A DNA stretch of 64,000 nucleotides from Spirochaetia bacterium (GTDB lineage Bacteria > Spirochaetota > Spirochaetia > UBA9216), in assembly GCA_965140585.1 (NCBI GenBank), contig OZ223265.1:343118-407117 (forward strand). The letters are read 5' to 3'. The notes beneath the pieces are model-generated. The model saw only the letters and a list, made by a program, of their open reading frames with translations. It ran no database searches and was not told the DNA's origin. The position numbers and the translations under genes were made by a program. This document shows, one piece after another, positions 27,564-37,608 of the stretch (its first letter is position 1; each line of letters starts with the position of its first letter).

Positions 27564-29473
27564 ATCTTCAGCTCCACTGAAGTTCCCGCCCCCGGACTGC
27601 TTTGAATTCTGAATGTGCCTTCAGGAAAAACAACATCGAGCCGCTGCCTTACATTGCTTATACCGATATTCGCTCCGGTTTCAAGATTTTCCACCATAAA
27701 GCCTGTACCGTTGTCACTGATATTAATATCAGCCCGCATTTCACCGCGGCGACGGACGGCTTTTGCATATATGAAAAGCTTACCTCCCCCTTCAAGCGGT
27801 TCAATGCCATGAATTACCGCGTTCTCAACAACAGGCTGAAGAATAAGCCGCGGAAGCTGAAGATGTCTGATTTCATCATCTATATCAATCTCAAAATCAA
27901 GACGCTCGCCGAAGCGTATCTTCTGAAGAAGCAGATACTGTCTTATAAAATCAATCTCCTCCTCAAGAGATGTCCAGCTGTTGCCCGACTGTATGTAGCG
28001 AAGCATCCCTTTAAGAGCTTCAATGGTACGGCGGATGGCCTCACGATCACCCCGGCTGTTCAGCCCGAGAATCCCGCTCATGACATTGTAGATAAAATGC
28101 GGCTGAACCTGTGAGCTTAAGGCCTGGTACTGGGCCTCGCGTCTTTCAAGCAGCTCGTTGTATGTAAGAAAATTTTCAATCGACAGGGAGGCATATTCGG
28201 CAAATGTCATGAGCCTTGTGATACCCAGGTCGGAAAACGGGTCATCCTCGGAATTCTTAACAGAAACCAGCAGCCCGAAAGTCCGCCCCTGAACAACAAG
28301 CGGTACCGCAAGAAATGAGGTTACCAGTTCCATATCAAGAACAGACCTGTCATCGAAAACCTGTGCGGCTGCCGACCTGTATAGAAAATGACTGTTGGGT
28401 CTTATAATTCTCCGGTTTATTATTCCAAGCATCTTCTCCAGATCTTTTTCATTCTGCTCTGCCCCCTTGCTTAGATCAAGGCTTGCTGCTCCGTCATGGT
28501 CAAAACGGTAAATTACAACTGCATCTGCAGTTGTGTCCTGAATAACAGCCTGGGCTACAATATCAAGAAGATTTGTAAGATCGGAGCCGTCGGTAATAAA
28601 AGCTCCTATATCTCTGGTCAGATTAAGAATACTGTCTACATTTTCTTTGAGATCCGTGACAAGATTGGTAAAAGTGGTTGCAAACGCCCCGAACTCATCC
28701 TTTGAACTGATATCGATGCGGACCGAAAAGTTTCCGTGCGAAACCTGCCGGAACGACTGCTCTACCTTCAGCAGCTTTCGACTTAGATCCCTTGCAATGT
28801 ATAGTGTCAGAAATACGGAAACACAGAGGATCAGCACAGCAGAGACAATAAAAAAAGTAGTAAGCCGCCGTCTAAGCCGGGCGCCCTCCTCCTCGAGGGT
28901 TTTAATAAAGTAATTCATGAAACTCTCAAAGCTGTTGGTAAAGTAATATGATGTTTCCTGAAATTCCCTGAAAAATGAATTGAGTGAATCATTCTTCTGC
29001 ATTTCATTGTAAAGATTGTCTGAGGTCCGGTATTTTTCACGGAGAATGAAAAGAGTGCTTTCCATCTTATCAAGCATCTCCATTGCCTTGTCATTCATCA
29101 TGAGAGCGGTAAAATACTGATCACGTATTACCTCATCATCCGATTTAACCAGATCAGAAAGCCCCATGAAATCCGAGAAGGTTTTTTTATACTTGAGAAC
29201 AGCTTCCTGCCACTGCTTCAGTGTCACAGCGGAACGCGGAGAATAAGTCAGTGAGCGGACCTGTCCATAAACCTTCGGAGTAAAGAGATCGAAAACAATA
29301 TCTTTCATAAGACTCTTTACTTCCCGGGACTCCTTCTGAAGCTCTACTCCAAGGTTTATAGAATCCTGTATCTGCATATTCCGGTTCCAGCTGTATACTG
29401 AAAGAATAGCAAAGGAAACAATACCTGCTACATAGAGTACCATCAGGATACTGAGCTTATATCGGATTTTCAT
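27560..29473 (-). CDS. LytS/YesM-type sensor histidine kinase with HAMP and a GAF-like segment
   Basis: Two TMs, DEFG (HAMP), FLAVPL..G..FG (GAF-like), QVQPHFIYN, LQPVVENAVIHG and DNGTG. Confidence 0.88.
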   Translation of the reverse strand: MKIRYKLSILMVLYVAGIVSFAILSVYSWNRNMQIQDSINLGVELQKESREVKSLMKDIVFDLFTPKVYGQVRSLTYSPRSAVTLKQWQEAVLKYKKTFSDFMGLSDLVKSDDEVIRDQYFTALMMNDKAMEMLDKMESTLFILREKYRTSDNLYNEMQKNDSLNSFFREFQETSYYFTNSFESFMNYFIKTLEEEGARLRRRLTTFFIVSAVLILCVSVFLTLYIARDLSRKLLKVEQSFRQVSHGNFSVRIDISSKDEFGAFATTFTNLVTDLKENVDSILNLTRDIGAFITDGSDLTNLLDIVAQAVIQDTTADAVVIYRFDHDGAASLDLSKGAEQNEKDLEKMLGIINRRIIRPNSHFLYRSAAAQVFDDRSVLDMELVTSFLAVPLVVQGRTFGLLVSVKNSEDDPFSDLGITRLMTFAEYASLSIENFLTYNELLERREAQYQALSSQVQPHFIYNVMSGILGLNSRGDREAIRRTIEALKGMLRYIQSGNSWTSLEEEIDFIRQYLLLQKIRFGERLDFEIDIDDEIRHLQLPRLILQPVVENAVIHGIEPLEGGGKLFIYAKAVRRRGEMRADINISDNGTGFMVENLETGANIGISNVRQRLDVVFPEGTFRIQSSPGAGTSVELKI

Positions 29474-29530
29474 TAATTTCGATCATACTGTGTTATATTC
29501 GGCTCTGCAACAATAATTTATATGAGTATG

Positions 29531-29560
29531 GCTGCGGAAAATGAAAAATATTTCCGCAGC
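29531..29560 (-). terminator. stem-loop downstream of the aldolase gene
   Basis: GCTGCGGAAA-N10-TTTCCGCAGC with a weak U-tail. Confidence 0.5.
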
Positions 29561-29576
29561 TGCTTTTAACGGCCTG

Positions 29577-30695
29577 TTATTTCTGAACCGAGGCCCGGTA
29601 GCTTTCAACTTCCCAGTCACGTATGAAAATTATCTGTTCTTCGGTCATCGGCTTAGGCCCTCCGAAGGATTCCGAATAGATGGCAATTGCAGCAGAATCA
29701 AGAACGAGGGATCGCGCAGACTCGGTTTTTTTTTCAGTTACATCGAAAGCAAAAAGCCCCTCTCCGGCAACAAGCGCCCCCCCGGGCTTACGGTTCCATC
29801 GCTTCATATATTTTTTATATACAGAGCCGAAGTCGGTAACCTTATCAAGCCTAAGCGGGCCGGGACCGGAATATACAATCTGATCAGGATTAAACGGCAG
29901 GCTTAGCGGCTCAAAAGCTGTTTCTGATTCGGCAAAAGCAAGAATATCGCGGTTAACCGCTGTTTTTATAAAAAGCTCCCCGCCGAGAACCGCTTCGGCC
30001 TCCGATTTAAAAGCACCGACAAGAGCCGCATCCCCAATCTCTTTGGTGTCGGAAAGACTTACAGGTGTCCGTTTAAGTCTCGCTTTCAGTTCAGCAGTCA
30101 CCTCGCTGTGGATGCTGTCAATCTGCTCTTTTGATTCACCGGAGACAAAAAGGCCGTGATTCTGCAGGACGAGTATTGCAGGATAGGGTTTTCCTGCCGA
30201 GACGGCGGCCTCAATCCTGTCACGGATTTCCTTTGCAAGAATATATCCTGGATTAACAGAAGGAACCCATACAGCCATGTCCCCGAATATTTCAGCAGTC
30301 ATTGCTTCACCGGACTTCCCGCAGGTCAGCCCGTTTATAAGACCGGGATGGGTGTGTACGACATATTTGCCCTTAATAAGCGAATGAAGCAGAGCCTCAA
30401 CACTCGGCCGTGCGGTTTCACCTTCAAGCCTCGCAGCCATCATATCGGCCAGAACCTCAGCCTCCCTCGCTTTTACCTCATCCGGATAGTTTTTGCTCCA
30501 GATGGCATTCAGAGAATCCATGCTCATTTTTACAAAGCCTTCCTCCCCGATTGTAGCCAGGGGATAGCCTGAAGCCTTCACATAGAGGGTGCCATCGTGC
30601 TTGAGCGAGGTATTACCTCCCCCGGCAAGAACATAATCCGGATTGCTCCCGTAACTTCTGGAAAGATCAATTATTGTCTGCAGCTCATTAAACAT
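29577..30695 (-). CDS. class II aldolase, probable rhamnulose-1-phosphate aldolase (aldolase half of the RhaEW-type protein, no SDR domain)
   Basis: Motifs VLAGGGNTS.K, VKASG, RPSVEALLH, VHTHP, LQNHG and WEVESYR. Confidence 0.8.
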   Translation of the reverse strand: MFNELQTIIDLSRSYGSNPDYVLAGGGNTSLKHDGTLYVKASGYPLATIGEEGFVKMSMDSLNAIWSKNYPDEVKAREAEVLADMMAARLEGETARPSVEALLHSLIKGKYVVHTHPGLINGLTCGKSGEAMTAEIFGDMAVWVPSVNPGYILAKEIRDRIEAAVSAGKPYPAILVLQNHGLFVSGESKEQIDSIHSEVTAELKARLKRTPVSLSDTKEIGDAALVGAFKSEAEAVLGGELFIKTAVNRDILAFAESETAFEPLSLPFNPDQIVYSGPGPLRLDKVTDFGSVYKKYMKRWNRKPGGALVAGEGLFAFDVTEKKTESARSLVLDSAAIAIYSESFGGPKPMTEEQIIFIRDWEVESYRASVQK

Positions 30696-31960
30696 TATGC
30701 CCTTCCTTTAAGAACGGAAGATTCATATTCACTGACAGCAGGAAATATTTCAGCCTCGGTCGGAACACCCTCGGTTGCGCAGTAATAATCCCAGACGGCA
30801 CCTACAGGCATTGTTTTCAGCCTTTCAAGAAGGGCAATTCTACCATAGTAATTGCCTTCCGCTTCATACTTTATAAGAGTTTCGGTCGGCTCAAGCATTG
30901 CGGCAAGCAGGCCTTTTAACGTTGATCTTGAACCGGTTGTCCAGGCTCCAATCCTGTTGAGAGTAGCATCGAAGAAATCAAGGCCGATGTGAACCCGGTC
31001 TATCATCTTTGAACGGACAAGTTCCTCAGTGAGGTATCTTATGTCATCATTGAAAATAACCACATGGTCACTGTCCCATCTCATCGGCCGGCTTACATGA
31101 AGCAGAAGCTCATCTGAAAAAAGAAGGGCTGATGATATTTTGTCCGCGATAAGTTCAGTCGGATGAAAGTGACCAAGGTCAAAACAGGGCATTTTATTAT
31201 TCTGAAGGGCATAGCCCATATAAAATTCATGTGAACCGACAACAAAGGCCTCGCTTCCTATGCCGAAAAGCTTGGTCTCAACAGCGTCCTTCATATATTC
31301 AGCAGGAAGATCTTCACTGAAAACTTCATCAAGAGCATCCTTGAGAATTCGGCGGTAACCAATTCTGTCTACAGGGATATCCTTGTGACCGTCGGGAATC
31401 CAGAGGTTTTCAATACATGGAGAGCCCTGGTTCCTGCCGAATTCAGCAGATATAGTTCTTACGCGTTTCGCATGTTCGATCCAGAACTTTCTGATATCAG
31501 GATCTTTGCTTGACAGGGTAAATCCCGCATCTGCCTTTGGATGAGAAAAAAAGCTTCCGTTAAAATCGAGCGGAATCTTATTATCTGATGACCACTTCAT
31601 CCAGCCTTCAAAGTGGGATGGTTCAATTTCATCGCGGTCGACCATTTTGCCGCCGAACTCTCCGTAGATGGCATGAAGATTAAGCCGGTGATTTCCGGGA
31701 ATCATTGAATATACCTTATCAAGATCTCTACGCAGCTCTTCAACGCTGCGTGCTTTTCCGGGGTAATTTCCGGTAACCTGAATTCCGCCGCCTGACAGCG
31801 AAGAGTCGGGAGTTTCGAATCCGCCTACATCATCACCCTGCCAGCAGTGTATGGACAGAGGAACCTTCTTAAGATTCTCCATTGCTTTCTGTGTATCAAC
31901 TCCAAGCTCGGCATACTGCTCTTTTGCCAGCTCATAAGATTTAGCTAAGTTCTCTTTCAT
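30695..31960 (-). CDS. rhaA: L-rhamnose isomerase
   Basis: Motifs SIHCWQGDDV.GFE, TGNYPGKAR, WIPDG, KLFGIGSE, GHFHPTE and RWDSDHV. ATG at 31960. Confidence 0.96.
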   Translation of the reverse strand: MKENLAKSYELAKEQYAELGVDTQKAMENLKKVPLSIHCWQGDDVGGFETPDSSLSGGGIQVTGNYPGKARSVEELRRDLDKVYSMIPGNHRLNLHAIYGEFGGKMVDRDEIEPSHFEGWMKWSSDNKIPLDFNGSFFSHPKADAGFTLSSKDPDIRKFWIEHAKRVRTISAEFGRNQGSPCIENLWIPDGHKDIPVDRIGYRRILKDALDEVFSEDLPAEYMKDAVETKLFGIGSEAFVVGSHEFYMGYALQNNKMPCFDLGHFHPTELIADKISSALLFSDELLLHVSRPMRWDSDHVVIFNDDIRYLTEELVRSKMIDRVHIGLDFFDATLNRIGAWTTGSRSTLKGLLAAMLEPTETLIKYEAEGNYYGRIALLERLKTMPVGAVWDYYCATEGVPTEAEIFPAVSEYESSVLKGRA

Positions 31961-32161
31961 AAAACACTCCTTCGATAATATCTTCAGAATCCTGCCACGA
32001 TGGCAAGAGAAAACATGAAGTTGCAATGTGAAACATTCAAGGTTTTTCTCTGCAACTTCAAAATATACACAGCACAGAGAGGTGCGGTGTATATTCAGTG
32101 TAAAACGGGTATAGAAAATCTGCCTTGACTAAACAGTCTATTTTTAGCACAATTCCGTCAT

Positions 32162-33028
32162 ATGCCGGAATCCATTAAAAGCCATCTTAAGCACAGCGAT
32201 GTTTTCCCCAACCCGGATCTCCATCTCACGGTGCTAAACCGTGCTCCCCAGATACCCTTTCCCAGTCATACTCATGATTTTTCCGAGCTGGTTATTGTAT
32301 ATAACGGAAAGGGAGTTCATTTTACCGAGGATGAGGAATACACGGTAAAACGAGGTGATGTTTTTGTGCTGCACGGAGACAGGGCTCACGGCTACCGTGA
32401 AATAGAAGATCTCAAGCTAGTGAATATCCTGTTTGATCGCGAAAACCTCTATCTGCCCGGCATGGATCTTTTCGACATTAAAGGCTATCACGCTCTTTTC
32501 ACCTGGGAACCAAGACTGCGCAGCGAGCTGAAGTTCAGAAGCCGTCTGAGACTTAACAGAAAGGATCTCGCTGAAGCCCTTGATTATATAAAACTGATCG
32601 AAATTGAACTTGATAAGAAAACTCCCGGATACCGCTTCATGAGCATATCACTTTTCATGCAGCTTGCTGCATATCTGAGCAGGCATTATGAATCTAGCGA
32701 AGTTCCGGAGATGAAGGAACTATCGAGAATAAGCAGTATTCTCAATTATCTTGAGCAGAATTCCAGCCGCTTTGTGAATATCGCTGAGATTCTTGAAGTA
32801 GCCGGAATGTCTGAGAGCAGCCTTCTTCGGCTGTTCAAGAAGAATACCGGTTTAAGCCCCATTGAATACCACAGCAGGATGCGTATTCAGCAGGTACGCA
32901 GGATGTTGAAAACTACCGATATGAGCATCACTGAAATAGCCTATGAAACAGGCTATACAGACAGTAACTACCTCAGCCGGCAATTCAAGAAGATAACAGG
33001 ACTTTCACCAACCGAATATCGTAATTAA
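32162..33028 (+). CDS. AraC-family regulator, RhaR/RhaS-like
   Basis: HTHDFSELVIV cupin motif and C-terminal double HTH (DSNYLSRQFKK); divergent from rhaA. Confidence 0.88.
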   Translation: MPESIKSHLKHSDVFPNPDLHLTVLNRAPQIPFPSHTHDFSELVIVYNGKGVHFTEDEEYTVKRGDVFVLHGDRAHGYREIEDLKLVNILFDRENLYLPGMDLFDIKGYHALFTWEPRLRSELKFRSRLRLNRKDLAEALDYIKLIEIELDKKTPGYRFMSISLFMQLAAYLSRHYESSEVPEMKELSRISSILNYLEQNSSRFVNIAEILEVAGMSESSLLRLFKKNTGLSPIEYHSRMRIQQVRRMLKTTDMSITEIAYETGYTDSNYLSRQFKKITGLSPTEYRN

Positions 33029-33043
33029 AATTCAGAAAAAAAT

Positions 33044-33108
33044 TTGACAGCTTATTTTGATGGTGTTATCATGTTCACAAATTGGAACAGTGTTTATAAT
33101 TGGGAACA
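33044..33108 (+). promoter_or_regulatory. sigma70 promoter with tandem palindromic operators (candidate IclR/KdgR sites)
   Basis: TTGACA (33044)-N17-TATCAT (33067) with extended TG. TGTTC-N8-GAACA at 33072-33089 and TGTTT-N8-GAACA at 33091-33108. Confidence 0.75.
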
Positions 33109-33121
33109 CCATACAGGAGGT

Positions 33122-33388
33122 ATTTATATCGGAGTTTTTACCGACAACCTTCCAGTACCGGCTAAAGCTGTTGTTGAAATTATTGGAATTATCCTGATTG
33201 CTGTTCTGAATATTGTCTTTATCAAATACAGCCTTCCATGGATTTCCAAGGTAGGTGCATCCGAATCTCCTGTGCTTAGAATGCCCATGAAATACATCCA
33301 GATGAGCGTACCCCTGAGCTGCGGAATGTCAGTACTCTACTGCTTTTTCAACATATTTAAAATCAGAATCAGAGGAGCGCAAAGGTAA
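33122..33388 (+). pseudogene. 3' half of a TRAP small permease (DctQ), with no start codon
   Basis: IYIGVFTDNLP...SESPVLRMPMKYIQMSVPLS matches the DctQ C-terminal half. The sequence upstream is promoter/operator DNA, not coding. Confidence 0.7.
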
Positions 33389-34662
33389 TGGCATTTCTGT
33401 TAATCAGTCTTACAATTTTACTAATTCTCGGAATCCCCATTGCATACTCACTTGGAATCTCCGGCTTTCTATATTTCACCATTCTCCAATCCGAACTGAT
33501 ATCAATACTGCCCCAGCGGCTGTTTGCAGGTATGCAGTCATATTCAATGATAGCATTGCCGCTGTTCTGCCTTATGGGTTCACTTATGAACTCCAGCGGA
33601 ATTACCGGAAGGCTTATCGAGTTCTGTCAGCTCTTTGTAGGAAGACTTCGCGGTGGTTTGGGTCTGGTTAACGTTTTTGCAAGCATGATCTTCGGCGGGA
33701 TATCCGGTTCTTCAGTATCAGACACGGCTTCAGTTGGAGCCATACTGATCCCCGAAATGAATAAAAAGGGCTATTCACTGGAATACGCAAGCGGAATCAC
33801 GGTTGCATCTTCTACAATGGGCATGATTATTCCGCCGAGTGTACCAATGGTTGTCTACGCAATGGCAGCCGAGGAATCAGTAGGAAGACTCTTTCTGGGG
33901 AGCGCAATACCCGGAATAATGATCGGTCTGATAATGCTTGCCGTAACACTGCTTATAAGCTACATAAAACAGCATCCGCGAGAAGAAGTAAAACCGGGAG
34001 CTGCTGAAACTGCAGTAACCATTCAGCGTTCGATTCTGGCTCTGATAATGCCGCTTTTTGTAATCGGCTCGGTAGTTCTGGGAATAGCTACAGCTACTGA
34101 ATCGGCGGGTATCGGAGTACTGTATGCATTGATAATCGGGATGTTTGTGTTCAAAAGCCTTAAACTCAGGGACCTGCCTCCGCTTATTAGAGATGCAGCT
34201 TTTACAAGTGCCAGAGTCATGATTATTATCGCACTTTCAAAACTGTATATCTGGATTCTTGCCATCGAGAGAGTTCCTGAAACCCTCGGCATGTTTGTAT
34301 CAGGACTTGATATTCCGCCCTTTGTTGTTCTTTTGATAATTGATGTAATCATCCTGCTGGCAGGAACTTTTCTTGATGTTACCCCGGCCATACTGCTTCT
34401 TACCCCAGCGTTTCTTCCGATTGCATCGATTCTGGGTATCAATGCAGTACAGTTCGGTGTAATTCTAATATCAGGTCTTGCTGTAGGCCTTGTAACTCCC
34501 CCGGTCGGAATGTGTCTGAATGTAGCCTCTTCACTGTCCGGACTTGAAATAGGAACAATATTCAAGTCAGCGCTGCCCTTTCTTACCGCAAATCTGACAA
34601 CTCTGGTTGTCATCACTTTTATACCGCAGCTTACATTATGGCTGCCGTCAATACTAATGTAA
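33388..34662 (+). CDS. dctM: TRAP transporter large permease
   Basis: Motifs ALPLF, FGGISGSSVSD, IIPPSVP, ATATES and VTPPVG. Confidence 0.92.
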   Translation: MAFLLISLTILLILGIPIAYSLGISGFLYFTILQSELISILPQRLFAGMQSYSMIALPLFCLMGSLMNSSGITGRLIEFCQLFVGRLRGGLGLVNVFASMIFGGISGSSVSDTASVGAILIPEMNKKGYSLEYASGITVASSTMGMIIPPSVPMVVYAMAAEESVGRLFLGSAIPGIMIGLIMLAVTLLISYIKQHPREEVKPGAAETAVTIQRSILALIMPLFVIGSVVLGIATATESAGIGVLYALIIGMFVFKSLKLRDLPPLIRDAAFTSARVMIIIALSKLYIWILAIERVPETLGMFVSGLDIPPFVVLLIIDVIILLAGTFLDVTPAILLLTPAFLPIASILGINAVQFGVILISGLAVGLVTPPVGMCLNVASSLSGLEIGTIFKSALPFLTANLTTLVVITFIPQLTLWLPSILM

Positions 34663-34677
34663 TCCAAGGAGTTCTAA

Positions 34678-35508
34678 ATGGATATTCGTTATCCGGTACA
34701 TCCGGACCATGCTAAAAAAATGGAAACAACACAACTGAGGGATGAATTTCTTATCAGCAGCCTGTTCGTCGAAAACAATATAAGTCTTATTTACAGCCAT
34801 TTCGATCGAATCATAACTTCAGGCATCGTGCCTGCAGGAAAAACCCTAAAACTTGAGGCCGGAACCGAACTTGCCAGTGATTTCTTCTTTGAAAGAAGAG
34901 AGGGCGGCATTATAAATGTCGGAGGTAAAGGCAGCCTTAATATTGACGGTAAAAGCTATAATATGGAGAAAAGCGACGGTTTCTATATTGGTATGGGGAC
35001 CAGGGAGATTTCATTCACCAGTGAAAATCAGAAGGATCCGGCTAAATTCTACATGCTCTCAGGTCCGGCCCATGCAGCCTACACTTCAAAATGGATTCCG
35101 CTTTCAGAAACAAAACAGGTAAAACTCGGGTCCCTGGAGGAATCAAACAAGAGGACTATTCATCAGTATCTGCATCCTGCGGTCTTAGAGACCTGCCAGC
35201 TCTGCATGGGTATGACTATACTTGAACCGAACTGTATATGGAACACAATGCCTGTACATACACATGAACGACGAATGGAAGTGTATTTTTATTTTGACAT
35301 GGAGAAGGATACTGTCGTATTTCATCTGATGGGAACGCCTGATGAAACAAGGCACATTATTGTGCGAAACGAGGAAGCAGTAATTTCCCCAAGCTGGTCT
35401 ATTCACTCCGGTGCAGGAACAAAAAACTACACATTCATTTGGGGAATGGTAGGTGAAAACCAGACATTTACTGATATGGACGGTGTTTCAATGGAGAACC
35501 TGAAATGA
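34678..35508 (+). CDS. kduI: 5-dehydro-4-deoxy-D-glucuronate isomerase
   Basis: Motifs YSHFDR, WNTMPVHTHERRMEVY, SPSWSIHSG and GENQ. Confidence 0.96.
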   Translation: MDIRYPVHPDHAKKMETTQLRDEFLISSLFVENNISLIYSHFDRIITSGIVPAGKTLKLEAGTELASDFFFERREGGIINVGGKGSLNIDGKSYNMEKSDGFYIGMGTREISFTSENQKDPAKFYMLSGPAHAAYTSKWIPLSETKQVKLGSLEESNKRTIHQYLHPAVLETCQLCMGMTILEPNCIWNTMPVHTHERRMEVYFYFDMEKDTVVFHLMGTPDETRHIIVRNEEAVISPSWSIHSGAGTKNYTFIWGMVGENQTFTDMDGVSMENLK

Positions 35509-36266
35509 TTCTTGATCAGTTTTCGCTTAAGGGGAAGACCGCTATCGTAACTGGCAGCTCGACCGGCCTCGGTCAGGCAATCTGCTGCGGGCTTGCGGAA
35601 GCTGGTGCAAATATTGCCGGAATAGGCAAAACCAGGCCAGAGGAAACCTCAGGAATGATCAAAAAGTCAGGCGGACAATTTGAATGGATTGAAGCTGATC
35701 TGATCAGCACAGAACCGGTTGACAGGATAATCAATGAAACCCTCGAGGCCTTCGGTTCTATTGATATCCTTGTTAATAATGCAGGGATAATCAGACGGGA
35801 GGATGCAGTAGAATTCAGTGAAAAAGACTGGGATGATGTAATGAATATCAACCTTAAATCTTTATTCTTCCTGTCCCAGGCGGCGGGGAAGCAGATGATA
35901 AAACAAAACCACGGAGGGAAAATAATAAATATAGCTTCAATGCTATCATTCCAGGGCGGCATAAGGGTAGCATCCTACACCTCCAGCAAAAGCGGAGTTC
36001 TCGGATTAACCCGCCTGCTTGCAAATGAATGGGCTGCTCACAATATAAACGTAAACGCTATCGCTCCCGGATATATGGTAACAAACAATACCGAAGCACT
36101 GCGTGCCGATCAAAACAGGTATAATGAAATCCTTACACGAATACCAGCCGGACGCTGGGGAAACCCATCCGACCTTGCAGGAACAGCGGTCTTTCTGTCG
36201 TCGGCAGCATCCGACTATATAAACGGTTTTACGATAGCAGTAGACGGAGGCTGGCTTTCCCGTTAG
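35505..36266 (+). CDS. kduD: 2-dehydro-3-deoxy-D-gluconate 5-dehydrogenase
   Basis: Motifs NNAGIIRR, ASMLSFQGGIRV.SYTSSK and RIPAGRWG. Confidence 0.95.
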   Translation: MILDQFSLKGKTAIVTGSSTGLGQAICCGLAEAGANIAGIGKTRPEETSGMIKKSGGQFEWIEADLISTEPVDRIINETLEAFGSIDILVNNAGIIRREDAVEFSEKDWDDVMNINLKSLFFLSQAAGKQMIKQNHGGKIINIASMLSFQGGIRVASYTSSKSGVLGLTRLLANEWAAHNINVNAIAPGYMVTNNTEALRADQNRYNEILTRIPAGRWGNPSDLAGTAVFLSSAASDYINGFTIAVDGGWLSR

Positions 36267-36332
36267 GGGATAGCCGGCGCCCTGCCCTATGCAGAATTAT
36301 CATTATTCTGTATTATCAACAGGCGGGTAAGC

Positions 36333-37094
36333 ATGGCAGCAAGTTATAATGTTCCGGTACTGGAAAAAACTTTTAATGTAATAAAATATATCTCCGAGCA
36401 TGATGAAGGGCTTACACTCAGCGATCTGGTAAAAAAAAGCGGTATAGCCAAGACAACAGTCTATAAAATTTTATTCACACTTGAAAAAGAGCTGATTATA
36501 GAAAAACGGGGTGACAGATATTTTCTAGGCAGTATGCTTATTCATTACGGGCTTCAGACACTGTCGAGAAGAGATTTGAAGGCTGTAGTAAATCCATACC
36601 TTATTAAATTAATGGAAAAAACAGGTGAAACCGCACATCTGGCAGTACCGGTCGGCATGCAGTCAATGATACTGGATGTGGTACTGACCACTCATCCTAT
36701 TCGTTTCTCTTCACCGGTCGGAAGCCTCTTTCCGCTCTACTGCACATCCCATGGGAAGATATTTCTTGCAATGGAAAGCAATTTCACTCTTGATGAATAC
36801 CTGACCGGCAACAGCATTCCTGCCAGAACAGAACATACAATAGTGACACACCAGCAGATGAGAAAGGAAACAGAAAAAATTCGCGAACAGGGATTCTCCC
36901 TTGATGAACTTGAATTTGCAGATGATATCAGATGCTGTGCGGCACCGATTTTCAATAGTGAAGGAAATTGTATCGGGGCGATAGGTATAACATCAACAGT
37001 CATTACGTTTACCGCTGAAAGAATTCCCGAGATATCACGGGAAGTGAAATCCGCAGCTGAAGAGATATCACTTAATATGGGATATAGAAAATAA
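36333..37094 (+). CDS. IclR-family transcriptional regulator (KdgR-like)
   Basis: N-terminal HTH plus motifs TGETAHL, PLYCTSHGK and RCCAAPIF. Confidence 0.9.
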   Translation: MAASYNVPVLEKTFNVIKYISEHDEGLTLSDLVKKSGIAKTTVYKILFTLEKELIIEKRGDRYFLGSMLIHYGLQTLSRRDLKAVVNPYLIKLMEKTGETAHLAVPVGMQSMILDVVLTTHPIRFSSPVGSLFPLYCTSHGKIFLAMESNFTLDEYLTGNSIPARTEHTIVTHQQMRKETEKIREQGFSLDELEFADDIRCCAAPIFNSEGNCIGAIGITSTVITFTAERIPEISREVKSAAEEISLNMGYRK

Positions 37095-37181
37095 TCAGAA
37101 TCGCAGCCTAATAATTTCTCAATGTATATTTTACTTAACGTTAGTATACTGGTATAATTCCACTCATGGAGGCGGCATAAA

Positions 37182-37598
37182 ATGGACCATGAACATCTTG
37201 AAAAACTTAAGGAAGAGCAGCTCCAGCTGCAGGAAGAGATAGCAGAATTCAACAAGGAAAAAGAAAGGATAAAAACCCTCATCGGGGGCATCGGGGGACA
37301 GACATATTCCAAAAGAGACAATATTATAAACATTGCCTTTCTGTTCCTGATTCTCACTTTTTTCATACTTGAAGTTACAACACACTGGCTTCCAAGTAAC
37401 ATCTCAATTGAAGTATCAATCCTGCTGGTATCGGTCAAGATTGTATGGATGATACATTCACAGCACAAATATAATCACTTTATCTTCTGGATGCTTAATT
37501 CAATTGAATACAGAATAAATGAAACTACAAAAAAAACTCCGAGAGATAGACAAGAAAGTCAGCTGATAAAAAACTCGGAGGATTACCAAAACGGCTGA
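37182..37598 (+). CDS. hypothetical membrane protein (coiled coil + 2 TM); the C-terminus is possibly frameshifted
   Basis: GGAGG RBS, charged N-terminal helix and two hydrophobic segments. Removing one A from the A8 run at 37529-37536 gives the ending TKKLREIDKKVS*. Confidence 0.7.
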   Translation: MDHEHLEKLKEEQLQLQEEIAEFNKEKERIKTLIGGIGGQTYSKRDNIINIAFLFLILTFFILEVTTHWLPSNISIEVSILLVSVKIVWMIHSQHKYNHFIFWMLNSIEYRINETTKKTPRDRQESQLIKNSEDYQNG

Positions 37599-37608
37599 TA
37601 ATGCTAAA

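Noticed and set aside
33044-33121. N-terminus of the 114-aa ORF starting at TTG 33044
   Set aside because: That TTG is part of the TTGACA -35 box, and the region is promoter, operator and RBS sequence.
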